The notes beneath the pieces are model-generated. The model was not told where the DNA came from, did no database searches, and saw nothing but the letters and a program-made list of their open reading frames with translations. The translations under genes and the position numbers were made by a program. Shown piece by piece: positions 10,345 to 19,499 of a stretch of 64,000 nucleotides of DNA. Origin of the DNA: an uncultured Chromatiaceae bacterium (GTDB taxonomy: Bacteria; Pseudomonadota; Gammaproteobacteria; DRLM01); assembly GCA_945787555.1 (NCBI GenBank), contig CALZJG010000026.1, forward strand, positions 230 through 64,229. Direction: 5' to 3'. How positions within the stretch are numbered: the stretch's first letter is position 1; the number at the start of each line of letters is the position of its first letter.

Positions 10345-10392
10345 TTGTTAAAAATAGCAGACGATGAATTCAGTCAATACTTAATAAACTGA
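10345..10392 (+). other. 15-codon upstream ORF (TTG start) 6 nt downstream of a perfect AAGGAGGT Shine-Dalgarno sequence, in the AT-rich mscL leader
   Basis: AAAAAGGAGGTAATCAC-TTG tta aaa ata gca gac gat gaa ttc agt caa tac tta ata aac TGA. Ends 20 nt before the mscL ATG. Confidence 0.25.
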
Positions 10393-10412
10393 TTTTGATG
10401 GAGAAAAATATC

Positions 10413-10817
10413 ATGAGCATGATGAAAGAGTTTAAAGAATTTGCGGTTAAGGGCAACGTCATCGATATGGCCGTCGGCATCATTATTGGCGCCGCATTTG
10501 GCAAGATCGTTTCATCCTTTGTTGGCGACGTCATCATGCCGCCAATTGGCGTGCTGTTGGGAGGAGTCGATTTTTCCAGTTTGGCATTCATAGTTAAAGA
10601 GGCCGCAGAGGGCGCGCCAGCCGTTGTGATTAGTTACGGTAAGTTTGTCCAAACGTTGGTCGATTTTACGATTATTGCGTTTGCTATATTCATGGCCGTG
10701 AAGGCTATAAACTCGTTCAAGAAAAAGGAGGAGGCGGCGCCAAAAGCACCGCCAGAGCCTTCCAAGGAAGAAGTGCTGCTTACGGAAATAAGAGACTTGC
10801 TGAAAGATCGCAAGTAA
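10413..10817 (+). CDS. mscL: Large-conductance mechanosensitive channel MscL
   Basis: [46 protein letters not shown]... is nearly identical in pattern to E. coli MscL. C-terminal [13 protein letters not shown] helix. RBS GGAGAAAA. Confidence 0.9.
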   Translation: MSMMKEFKEFAVKGNVIDMAVGIIIGAAFGKIVSSFVGDVIMPPIGVLLGGVDFSSLAFIVKEAAEGAPAVVISYGKFVQTLVDFTIIAFAIFMAVKAINSFKKKEEAAPKAPPEPSKEEVLLTEIRDLLKDRK

Positions 10818-11238
10818 GTCGCCAGGGCGAGCGCGCCGAACAACAATCGCGTCCGTTATCGCTGCCATGAGGGCCGCCCTGAGATGCAAGGAAGAAGATA
10901 CTTCGCATTGGCCGTCAAAACCTAGTTCGCCGCTGTGGAAAGTCGAAGCGGGTAAGCAGGCTCACGCGGAGGTGGAATAGCACGGTCGTGTATCCGGGCG
11001 CGAAATATTGAGCGTTGGTGCCCGGCGCGCAACGCTCCATCGGCGCCCCTCGGCGGAACAGGGTCAAGCCAGGTGGGAAAGGTTGTTGATGCGGCGGTCG
11101 CCTTGGATGCAGGCGTCTATCGCTTCAACATGCCGCAGATCATGGCCGGCTTGGGCGCGCCGACGGTGGATGAAGCGCCAGCTGCCGAGGTGTGCGTTGC
11201 CGAACCGACTCAAGAATAGGACGACTCCTTCCGCTTTG

Positions 11239-11272
11239 CCGGCCCCGGTTCTTACCGGGGCCGTTTTTTTGC
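11239..11272 (+). terminator. Rho-independent terminator
   Basis: GGCCCCGGT-tctt-ACCGGGGCC followed by GTTTTTTT. Lies 20 nt after a TAG at 11217-11219 that closes a short coding-like frame. Confidence 0.6.
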
Positions 11273-11925
11273 TGCGACTAGAATCGATAGATCAGAGACA
11301 AGAGCATCTCTAAGGATCCACTGACGCCGCGCTGGTGGCGTTGGAAACGAGCTCAAAATATTTATGTAATTGATGTAAACTGTGCTTATTAGCTCGTTGC
11401 CGCCTTGCCATCATCTGTTTGATTGAATTGTTAGAGGCGCCCACAAGGCGATCATTCCGCCGCGGTTCAATTCGCCGTCGATCCGGTCGGTGAAATCGCC
11501 GATCTCTCCGGAGCGCCACTAGCTCACGTCGAGGGAAATACGGCGGAAGGGGTAGCCCAGGCTGAGGCCCCATAGAGATCCACGCGCTCGTGCTCGCAGA
11601 GAAGAGCGATGTTCTGCGCGGCCGGCAGGCTGCCGTGGGACTAGGGCGCCCGCGCTTTGAACGCCGAGCCGGTGAGGAGTTGCGCAGACGGGTCATCCGC
11701 CTGGCGGTGGTATATAACTCAGTACCAGCGACAGTCTGACCGCCTGCCCGGATAGCGCGCCGGTAGGGAGCATGAAGTCGGTCTCCCATGGAATGTGGGG
11801 GGTCGGTACCGGGGGCGGCCCGCACCAGTCTGGCGTGCGCTCCATGTGGGCGGCCATGGATGTGCGCGTTGATTATTGGGCCGTGTTGGGGGTATACAGC
11901 GCGGTTTTTCATCGGAAGTGCAGTC

Positions 11926-12546
11926 ATGATTAAGTTGCGAACCTATATCTTCATCGATTCGCTGCAACCGCAGCTGGCCGAATATCTGGGCACGGTCTCC
12001 CAGGGTTTTCTGCCTATCCCCGGAGATGCCTGTTTATGGCTGGAAGTAGCGCCGGGCATGGCGGTGCATCGGTTGACCGATGCGGCCCTCAAAGCCACTC
12101 GGGTGCGTCTGGTACAACAAGTCGTCGAGCGTGCCTTCGGTTCGATGTTGATCCATCATCGCGATCAGAGTGATGTCCTCGAAGCCGGCCATATCGTCCT
12201 CAATCATCTCAAAACCAGCGAGGATGCGCGGCAGAAGTGCCGTATTGCTTGGGCTGAAATCATCCGTTCCATCACTCCCGACCATGCCGTCGTGATCAAC
12301 CGCCAAGACCGCCGCGGTTCCATGATTCTGCCTGGGCAAAGCATGTTCATCCTCGAAAGCGAGCCCGCCGGTTACATCGTCTACGCGGCCAACGAGGCGG
12401 AAAAAGCCGCCAACATCACCCTCGTCGACGTCAAGGCCGTCGGTGCTTTCGGCCGTCTCACCCTGGCCGGGAAGGAAGCCGACATCGATGCCGCCGCGCA
12501 TGCCGCCATCGACGCACTGCATGGTCTGTCGGGTATAGAGAGCTGA
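11926..12546 (+). CDS. Tandem BMC-domain (bacterial microcompartment shell-like) protein, orphan
   Basis: 206 aa from ATG 11926. Both halves match the BMC/PF00936 pattern. Second half: [57 protein letters not shown] versus PduA-type [48 protein letters not shown]. First half: [36 protein letters not shown]. No other microcompartment gene in the window. Confidence 0.5.
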   Translation: MIKLRTYIFIDSLQPQLAEYLGTVSQGFLPIPGDACLWLEVAPGMAVHRLTDAALKATRVRLVQQVVERAFGSMLIHHRDQSDVLEAGHIVLNHLKTSEDARQKCRIAWAEIIRSITPDHAVVINRQDRRGSMILPGQSMFILESEPAGYIVYAANEAEKAANITLVDVKAVGAFGRLTLAGKEADIDAAAHAAIDALHGLSGIES

Positions 12547-12775
12547 TTCTTGGATCGGCGTCCTGCCCGTGCTCGATACGTAATCCAGCGCAAACATGCC
12601 GGTGGCATTGCGGTTAGGAGGCGGCGAATGAAATGCGCCGCAGCGTCGTTCGCAATTGATGCGGTCGTGTCTCACCGTATTCTACGAAGTGCTGAAGAAC
12701 TCCGCTCGGTATTCCGATCTTTACGCCAATAGGCCGCCGGCCTGGCTGCATGACCTGAATTCAAGGAGCGCCGAT

Positions 12776-14011
12776 TTAGCTTTGCCGTATTGATCTTGCC
12801 AAACGCTCGATGGTCAGGCCTTGTACTAGGATTGAAAACACCACCACGATGTAGGTCAGCGTGAGCAGCAGACTGCGCTCCGGTCCGGCAGGCAGGGAGA
12901 GCACCAACGCGACCGAGATGCCGCCCCGTAACCCACCCCAGGTGAGGATCTTGACGACGCCGGGGCTGAACGTTCGGAGCGGGCGCATGGCGCCTACTAG
13001 CGTGCCGACGCTGATGAAGCGCGCCAGCAAGGCGGCCGGGATCATCAATGCCGCCGCGATCAAAAACTCAGCGCTGACTTTGAGCGCCAGCAGCTCCAGG
13101 CCGATGAGCAGGAACAATACGGTGTTGAGCACTTCGTCGATCAGATGCCAGAACTGGTCGATGTGTTCGCGACTCTTGTCGCTCATCCCCAGCCGCCGGC
13201 CGTGGTTGCCGACCAGGAGTCCAGCCACCACCATGGCCAACGGCCCCGAGATATGGAGGGCATCGGCCAGCGCGTAGCCGCCCATCACCAGCGCCAGCGT
13301 GATCAAGACTTCCACTTGATATTGGTCGATACTGCGCAGCATCAAATAGCCAAGATAGCCCAGCAGGAGGCCAAACAGCGCTCCACCCACCGCCTCTTGC
13401 AGAAACAGCAGCCCGATTTCAGCGGCGCTCACTTCATGTCCGCCCACGGCGATGCCGAGCAGCACCAGGAATACCACCACTGCTACGCCGTCATTGAACA
13501 GCGATTCCCCGGCGATCTTGATCTCCAGCGACTTGGACACGCCGGCGGTTTTGAGAATGCCCATCACGGCGATCGGGTCGGTGGGCGAGATCAGGGCGCC
13601 AAAAAGCAGGCAATAGACAAAGGGCAGCGAGATCCCCAGCCAAGCGAAGATGTACCAAGCCGCGATAGCTAGCAGCAGCGAGGAAATCAGTACGCCGCCG
13701 GTGGCGAGCGTGAGTATCAGCCACTTCTGCTTGGCCAGGTCGTTAATATTGACATGCAGCGCCCCGGCGAAGAGCAGAAAACTCAGCATGCCCTGCATCA
13801 GCGCCTCGGTGAAATCGATGCTCTGCACCAAGTCCTTGGCATAATGCACCGATTGCACGCCCAGCGCGCCGGCAATGATGACAAGAAGTGATGCCGCCAT
13901 CGCGATGACCATGACACCGATGGTGGTCGGCAGGCCGATGTAGCGGTAGTTGAGATAGCTGAACACCGCGGCGAGCGTGATCAGGATGGCGATGATGTTG
14001 AGCAGTTCCAT
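12776..14011 (-). CDS. CPA1-family Na+(K+)/H+ antiporter (NhaP-type)
   Basis: 411-aa, about 12-TM protein with the LISPTDP motif and overall NhaP2 architecture. Confidence 0.8.
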   Translation of the reverse strand: MELLNIIAILITLAAVFSYLNYRYIGLPTTIGVMVIAMAASLLVIIAGALGVQSVHYAKDLVQSIDFTEALMQGMLSFLLFAGALHVNINDLAKQKWLILTLATGGVLISSLLLAIAAWYIFAWLGISLPFVYCLLFGALISPTDPIAVMGILKTAGVSKSLEIKIAGESLFNDGVAVVVFLVLLGIAVGGHEVSAAEIGLLFLQEAVGGALFGLLLGYLGYLMLRSIDQYQVEVLITLALVMGGYALADALHISGPLAMVVAGLLVGNHGRRLGMSDKSREHIDQFWHLIDEVLNTVLFLLIGLELLALKVSAEFLIAAALMIPAALLARFISVGTLVGAMRPLRTFSPGVVKILTWGGLRGGISVALVLSLPAGPERSLLLTLTYIVVVFSILVQGLTIERLARSIRQS

Positions 14012-14401
14012 GATATGTCACGTCAGGTGAGGGGGGGGAAGCGTCGGTCTCAGAATCTAGCAGATGCAGCTAAGGCTACACCCGCTGTGTCGCTGCGCTG
14101 TGGGTCGCGGTTCCGGGAGATGATCTGACAGGGAGCAGATTCTCATCTTAATCCCGGTCGGTTGCCTCCTATTGGGGGATACTTAGCTCGGCGTTAACGA
14201 TGCCTCATGCTTGAAGCTGAGTAGGCAATGGCTTCTTCACTCCCTCTTCCGGGGATAGGAGAGGGCCGAGATGAGGGCCTAGAGAAAATCGCCAACCTTC
14301 GGGGAGTACTTCTTTTTCTAGTCCTCTCCCTTGACCCTGCGGGCCGTGGTCCCTTCTTATCCGCTATAATCTCCCCCCAGACCCATCGCACAACCGCTTC
14401 C

Positions 14402-15913
14402 ATGTCTGACATACTCCTCACCACCCTCAACGCTCGTTATTTCCACGCCTCATTGGGGCTGCGGTACTTACTCGCCAATCTGGGCGAGTTGGCGGAGCGG
14501 GCGCGGCTAATGGAATACATTGTCGACTCGCGGTCAGCGGATATTGTCGAGGGCTTATTGCGTCACGAGCCGCGCATCGTCGGCTTAGGGGTGTATATCT
14601 GGAACGTCGAGCTGGCCACGCAGGTGGTGGCGATGCTCAAACAGGTGCGGCCCGAGTTAGTGGTGGTACTCGGCGGGCCGGAGGTGAGTTACGAGCAAGA
14701 GGCGCAGGAGATCTGCGCGCTGGCCGATTACGTGATCGCCGGGCCGGGCGAATTGGCCTTCGCCGATCTATGTCGGCGGGTGCTGGCCGGTGAGCGGCCC
14801 GCGCAGCGTTTGATCGCCGCGCCGACGCCGCGCCTGGCCGACTTGGTCATGCCCTACCAACATTACACCGACGAGGACATCGCGCAGCGTTTCTTGTACG
14901 TGGAGGCGTCGCGCGGCTGTCCCTACAAATGCGAGTTTTGCTTGTCGGCGCTGGACAAAACCGCCTGGCCGTTCGAGTTGGAGCGCTTTCTCGAGGAAAT
15001 GGCCGCGCTGTATCGACGCGGCGCCCGCCATTTTAAGTTCGTCGATCGCACTTTCAATCTCAAGATCGACACCAGTGTGCGTATCCTCGAATTTTTTTTG
15101 GAGCGCCTGGACGAGAAGCTATTCCTGCATTTCGAGTTGATCCCCGACCATTTGCCCGAGCGCTTGAAGGCGGTGATCACGCGTTTTCCGCCCGGTAGTC
15201 TGCAGTTCGAAGTCGGTATTCAAACCTTCAATCCCGAGGTGCAGGCACGCATCAGCCGCCGTCAGGACGACGCCAAGGCAGAGAGCAATCTGCGCTGGTT
15301 GCGCAACGAAACCCATGCCCATCTGCATACCGACCTCATCGCCGGTTTGCCGGGCGAGAATTTGGCCAGCTTCGGCGCGGGCTTTGATCGGCTCATTGCG
15401 CTTGATCCGCACGAAATCCAAGTGGGCATATTGAAGCGTTTGCGCGGCGCGCCCGTTATTCGCCACACCGAAGCGCACCTCATGCGCTACAACCCGTATC
15501 CGCCTTACAACGTGTTGGCCAGCGATAGGCTCGACTTCATCACCTTGCAACGCATCAACCGCTTCGCGCGCTATTGGGACATGATTGGCAACTCCGGGCG
15601 TTTTCGTGTCAGCCGATCCTTGATACTGGGTGAGGCTCCTTACCTGCGCTTCATGGCCTTGAGTGATTGGCTCTACGCCGAGACCGGTAAGACCCATCGC
15701 ATCGCCTTGGATCGATTGTTCGAGCTGGTGTTTCGCGGTATGGCCACGCAGTTGGATGTGACGCATGAGGCCGCGGTGGCGGCGCTGGGCGAGGATTACG
15801 CCGCCTGCGGCGGTCGTGCCGAGCTTAGTTTTCTGCCCTCTACTGGACGGTCACGCCAGGTTGTGGCGACGCGCGCGGTCGGGCTGCAACGCCAGCGTCG
15901 CCACCTGGGTTGA
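14402..15913 (+). CDS. B12-binding-domain radical SAM protein (DUF4080 class)
   Basis: N-terminal cobalamin-binding-like domain, then the radical SAM CxxxCxxC cluster (GCPYKCEFC). ATG 14402 is in frame with the longer ORF. Confidence 0.75.
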   Translation: MSDILLTTLNARYFHASLGLRYLLANLGELAERARLMEYIVDSRSADIVEGLLRHEPRIVGLGVYIWNVELATQVVAMLKQVRPELVVVLGGPEVSYEQEAQEICALADYVIAGPGELAFADLCRRVLAGERPAQRLIAAPTPRLADLVMPYQHYTDEDIAQRFLYVEASRGCPYKCEFCLSALDKTAWPFELERFLEEMAALYRRGARHFKFVDRTFNLKIDTSVRILEFFLERLDEKLFLHFELIPDHLPERLKAVITRFPPGSLQFEVGIQTFNPEVQARISRRQDDAKAESNLRWLRNETHAHLHTDLIAGLPGENLASFGAGFDRLIALDPHEIQVGILKRLRGAPVIRHTEAHLMRYNPYPPYNVLASDRLDFITLQRINRFARYWDMIGNSGRFRVSRSLILGEAPYLRFMALSDWLYAETGKTHRIALDRLFELVFRGMATQLDVTHEAAVAALGEDYAACGGRAELSFLPSTGRSRQVVATRAVGLQRQRRHLG

Positions 15914-16275
15914 CGTTGCAAGCTGTTAGATCGCTCGCAGCCAGGGAATGTTTGTCCCCGAACCCCGCTCCTCTCATAGAAGGGGGGAGAGAGCCAGAGA
16001 TCTGCCGGATATGCGGCATGGCTCCTTGCCATACATAACTTGAAGACCGATCTGAGCGTCGAATTACTTTGCACTCGTGTGCTGAGCCGCCACTCTGAGC
16101 ACGATTTCGTATCCTTCGTGATGCGTGGCGCAAGAAAGGAATAGCCAACAAAATAGATCGGTTATGATTGATGCGGGGGGTTCTGTGGGGTCGTGGCCCC
16201 AATACTGCATTAACTCTTCGATTGGCTTGTCGCGTACAGGGAGGTGCCTAGGTCGTAGTTGTAGAGAGGTATCCA

Positions 16276-17460
16276 ATGGCACCTTGCAGTATTTCCGTTT
16301 CTCTTTCTTCTCTTCATCGTGCACTGATCCTACTGTTCCCCTTGTTACTCCTAGTTCCCGCCGTCCAGGCCGTGCCGCTGTCGTTGGCTCACGGCACGGG
16401 GGATATGCTGCTGCTCGAAGGCGCGAGTCAAAGCGTGTTGCGCATCAGCCCCGCCGGCGCGGTGTCGGTGGAGGTGGCCCGCCATGACATCCTCGCGCTG
16501 ACCGGCGGTTCGAGAGCCTATTTCAATGATCGCGGCATCGCCGTGGATGCGCGCGGCGATTTCTATTTCACTGATTACATGACCTGCATCCTGCTCAAGA
16601 AGTCCGGCGATCAATTGAGTGTGTTGGTGCGTCCATCCCGGAGCTATGACTTGTTGGGTGGTGTGGTCGATCCCAATGGGCTGGTCGTGGGCGGCGACGG
16701 CGGATTGTATGCCAGCGACGAGTTGTCGGATTCGGTGCTGCGCATCGACGCTGAAAGCGGTGAGCTGCGCATCTTCACGGCTCATGAGGCCATGGCCGGG
16801 CTGCCGGGGATAGCCGGTGTCAATCTGGTAGGCGGCATGGCCATTGGTCATGACGAGACGATTTATGTGCAAACCGATCGTGATGTGGATGCGATCTTCG
16901 CCATCGACGAGAGCGGCGTTCCACGGGTGCTGGTGACCGAAGACGATTTGCGCGCGCTAGGCGTAGAGCATCCTTCCTTTTCCGGCTTTATGACCATCGC
17001 CCCCAACGGCGATCTCATCGTCGCCTCCACGGACATGCCACGGAGTATTTACCGCATCACGCCCGCTGGGCAGATCAGTCTGTTCTTGTCGGAGGAAACA
17101 CTGACTGCCGTGGTGGGCACCCTCGGCACCTTGAGCATCGGTGCCGGCATGGCTTTCGACTCGCTAGGCAATTTCTATCTGGCCGAGGAAGGGAGCGACA
17201 GTATCTTCAAATGGCTGGTGGCCGACATGGCGACGGGTACCATCGATGCGGCGTCGGGATTCAGTTTCGTATCGGCGCAGACGCTGTATGACGCTACCGG
17301 GTATCACCCGGATTTGAAGGGGGGCATCGCCTTCCTGCCCGTGCCAGTACCGTCGAGCTTGGCGCGGGTGCAGGCCGTGACGACACCGGCGTCATTGCCG
17401 CTGCTGGGTATTGGTCTGCTGACCTTAGTGGTAATGCGTCGGCGTGGTCGAGTACGGTGA
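16276..17460 (+). CDS. Secreted NHL-repeat beta-propeller protein with degenerate PEP-CTERM-like C-terminal anchor
   Basis: Signal peptide (LLFPLLLLVPAVQA). Repeated GDFYFTDY, GGLYASDELSDSVLRID and GNFYLAEEGSDSIFKW blades. C-terminus VPVPSSLA...TPASLPLLGIGLLTLVVMRRRGRVR matches a PEP-CTERM-type signature (Pro-rich motif, TM helix, Arg cluster). Confidence 0.65.
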   Translation: MAPCSISVSLSSLHRALILLFPLLLLVPAVQAVPLSLAHGTGDMLLLEGASQSVLRISPAGAVSVEVARHDILALTGGSRAYFNDRGIAVDARGDFYFTDYMTCILLKKSGDQLSVLVRPSRSYDLLGGVVDPNGLVVGGDGGLYASDELSDSVLRIDAESGELRIFTAHEAMAGLPGIAGVNLVGGMAIGHDETIYVQTDRDVDAIFAIDESGVPRVLVTEDDLRALGVEHPSFSGFMTIAPNGDLIVASTDMPRSIYRITPAGQISLFLSEETLTAVVGTLGTLSIGAGMAFDSLGNFYLAEEGSDSIFKWLVADMATGTIDAASGFSFVSAQTLYDATGYHPDLKGGIAFLPVPVPSSLARVQAVTTPASLPLLGIGLLTLVVMRRRGRVR

Positions 17461-17510
17461 CCTATTACTATTAGCAAGCCCACGCCCAGAGGAGGCGGAC
17501 TGTGTGAAGC

Positions 17511-18278
17511 TCAATCCTCGGAGTCCGATTGTTTGCTGATGGGCTTGTGCAGCTTCACCGCTGCGGCGGCGCGCTTGGTGCGCATGCGGATGTTGAGCAT
17601 CTCCACCGCCACGGAGAAGGCCATGGCGAAATAAATGTAGGCCTTAGGGATGTGGAAATCGAGACTCTCACCGATCAAGGCCATGCCCACCAAGATCAAG
17701 AAGCTCAAGGCCAGCATTTTGACGGTGGGGTGACGATCGACGAAGTCCCCGATCGGCTTGGCGGAGACCATCATGATAGCGACGGCGATGACGATGGCAA
17801 TCACCATGATCGAAAGTTGCTCCACCATGCCCACCGCTGTGATGACGGAATCGAGCGAGAAGACGATGTCGATGATGGCGATCTGCACCAAGATGGCGCC
17901 GAACGAGGACGCCATCGCGCCCTTCATGGTCTGCGCTTCTTCCGGACCTTCCAGACTGTTGTGGATCTCGTGGACGCTCTTCCACAGCAGGAACAGGCCG
18001 CCGCCGAGCAGGATTAAATCGCGTCCGGAGATCTCGTAACCGGCCACGCTGAACAGCGGTTCTATCAGACCCATCATCCAAACTAGAGCGAACAAAAGCA
18101 GAATGCGGGTGCCCATCGCCAGGGCCAAGCCCAGCCGGCGCGCCAATTCGCGTTGTTCAGGGGGCAGTCTGCCCACCAGGATGGATATGAAAATGATATT
18201 GTCGATACCCAGCACAATCTCCAGGGCCGTCAAGGTGACCAAGGCGATCCAGGCTTCGGGGCTGGCGAGCCATTCCAT
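17511..18278 (-). CDS. TerC-family integral membrane protein
   Basis: LEIVLGIDNIIFISILVGRLPPEQRELARRLGLALAMGTRILLL is the TerC/YoaE signature. 255 aa. Confidence 0.8.
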   Translation of the reverse strand: MEWLASPEAWIALVTLTALEIVLGIDNIIFISILVGRLPPEQRELARRLGLALAMGTRILLLFALVWMMGLIEPLFSVAGYEISGRDLILLGGGLFLLWKSVHEIHNSLEGPEEAQTMKGAMASSFGAILVQIAIIDIVFSLDSVITAVGMVEQLSIMVIAIVIAVAIMMVSAKPIGDFVDRHPTVKMLALSFLILVGMALIGESLDFHIPKAYIYFAMAFSVAVEMLNIRMRTKRAAAAVKLHKPISKQSDSED

Positions 18279-18358
18279 TTAACTGACTACCTCATGATGA
18301 TCTTTGACGAGCGGATGTTAGCGGCTGAGGGGCGAGGATGGAAGGTGGCAGCGGGATT

Positions 18359-18574
18359 TCATTTGCGGAACAACCAGAACAGCAGCGTCAGCAATAGACT
18401 GACGATGATGGACGTGGTCAGCGGAAAGTAGAAGCGGAATCCCTCTTTCTCTACCGCAATGTCGCCCGGCAGTCGCGCCAGCCCCAACTTTTGCAGCCAG
18501 GGCCACAGCAGGCCGAGGGCGACCAGTATCACTCCGATGATGATGAAGGTTTTGGCCACGGCGCCGCCTGTCAT
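18359..18574 (-). CDS. Small DUF2905-like membrane protein
   Basis: Internal Met gives MTGGAVAKTFIIIGVILVALGLLWPWLQKLGLARLPGDIAVEKEGFRFYFPLTTSIIVSLLLTLLFWLFRK (72 aa), the typical DUF2905 pattern. Confidence 0.5.
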   Translation of the reverse strand: MTGGAVAKTFIIIGVILVALGLLWPWLQKLGLARLPGDIAVEKEGFRFYFPLTTSIIVSLLLTLLFWLFRK

Positions 18575-18729
18575 GAGAGACACAGATAATCCCGGTGTTG
18601 CATACGACCATGGCTCCGCGCAGCTGTTCCCATCCTCTAAAACAGTGAAATCCACCCCGCTGTCCTGTCCTGGTGACGATGCCCTGTTTCCTCCCGCCTG
18701 GCTGGGGGATGACTTAGTACAAGAATGAT

Positions 18730-19386
18730 CTAAGTCAGTGTGCGCACTCCCTCTGGGGCCCCCAGGATCAGTACATCGGCGGGGCGCAGGGCGAAGATAC
18801 CGTTGGTGACCACGCCGGGAATGTTATTGAGCTCGGCTTCGAGTTTGGCCGGCTCCATGATTTGCAGGCCACGCACATCGAGGATCACGTTGCCATTGTC
18901 GGTAGTGAAACCTTGGCGTAGCACCGGTTGGCCGCCTAGCTTGACGATTTGGCGCGCCACATGGCTGCGCGCCATGGGGATGACTTCGATGGGCAAGGGA
19001 AAGGTGCCGAGGATGTCCACCAGCTTGGATTGATCGGCGATGCACACGAATTGCTTCGCCACCGCCGCCACGATTTTCTCGCGCGTCAAGGCACCGCCGC
19101 CGCCCTTAATCAGTTGCAAATGACGGTTGGTTTCATCGGCGCCATCCACATATACACCAATCTCGTCCACGGCATTGAGATCCAGCACTTCGATGCCATG
19201 CTTTTTCAGCCGTTCGGTAGAGGCCGCCGAACTGGATACGGTGCCGTCGATCTTGTGTTTGATGCCCGCCAGCGCATCGATAAAGAAATTGGTGGTAGAA
19301 CCGGTCCCCACGCCGACGATGGTGCCCGCCTGCACATGTTGCAGGGCGGCGGCGGCGGCGGCTTTCTTCATGGCGTCTTGTGACAT
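18730..19386 (-). CDS. rpiA: Ribose-5-phosphate isomerase A
   Basis: [15 protein letters not shown]...DGADE...[15 protein letters not shown] motifs. 218 aa. Confidence 0.9.
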   Translation of the reverse strand: MSQDAMKKAAAAAALQHVQAGTIVGVGTGSTTNFFIDALAGIKHKIDGTVSSSAASTERLKKHGIEVLDLNAVDEIGVYVDGADETNRHLQLIKGGGGALTREKIVAAVAKQFVCIADQSKLVDILGTFPLPIEVIPMARSHVARQIVKLGGQPVLRQGFTTDNGNVILDVRGLQIMEPAKLEAELNNIPGVVTNGIFALRPADVLILGAPEGVRTLT

Positions 19387-19499
19387 GGCTAATCTCCACT
19401 TAACAGGATTCGGTCTTAGCTTTGATGATACTCAGCTCGCCGAATAAAGTCATGATACGGGCGCTGGCAGGGGCTGCGGCAAGCTGCTAATGTATCGCC

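Noticed and set aside
11310-11927. 205-aa minus-strand ORF (Arg/Pro-rich) in the gene-free stretch upstream of the BMC gene
   Set aside because: Extremely Arg/Pro/Ala-biased, no motif, and it reads across the putative terminator. It is more likely an artefact of high GC. The region was treated as degenerate or non-coding instead.
18279-18358. Possible yybP-ykoY (Mn2+) riboswitch upstream of the TerC-family gene
   Set aside because: The spacer is only 80 nt. No recognisable conserved yybP-ykoY core (for example the GGGGAGUAGC or CUUGG...GUCA blocks) was found on the minus strand.
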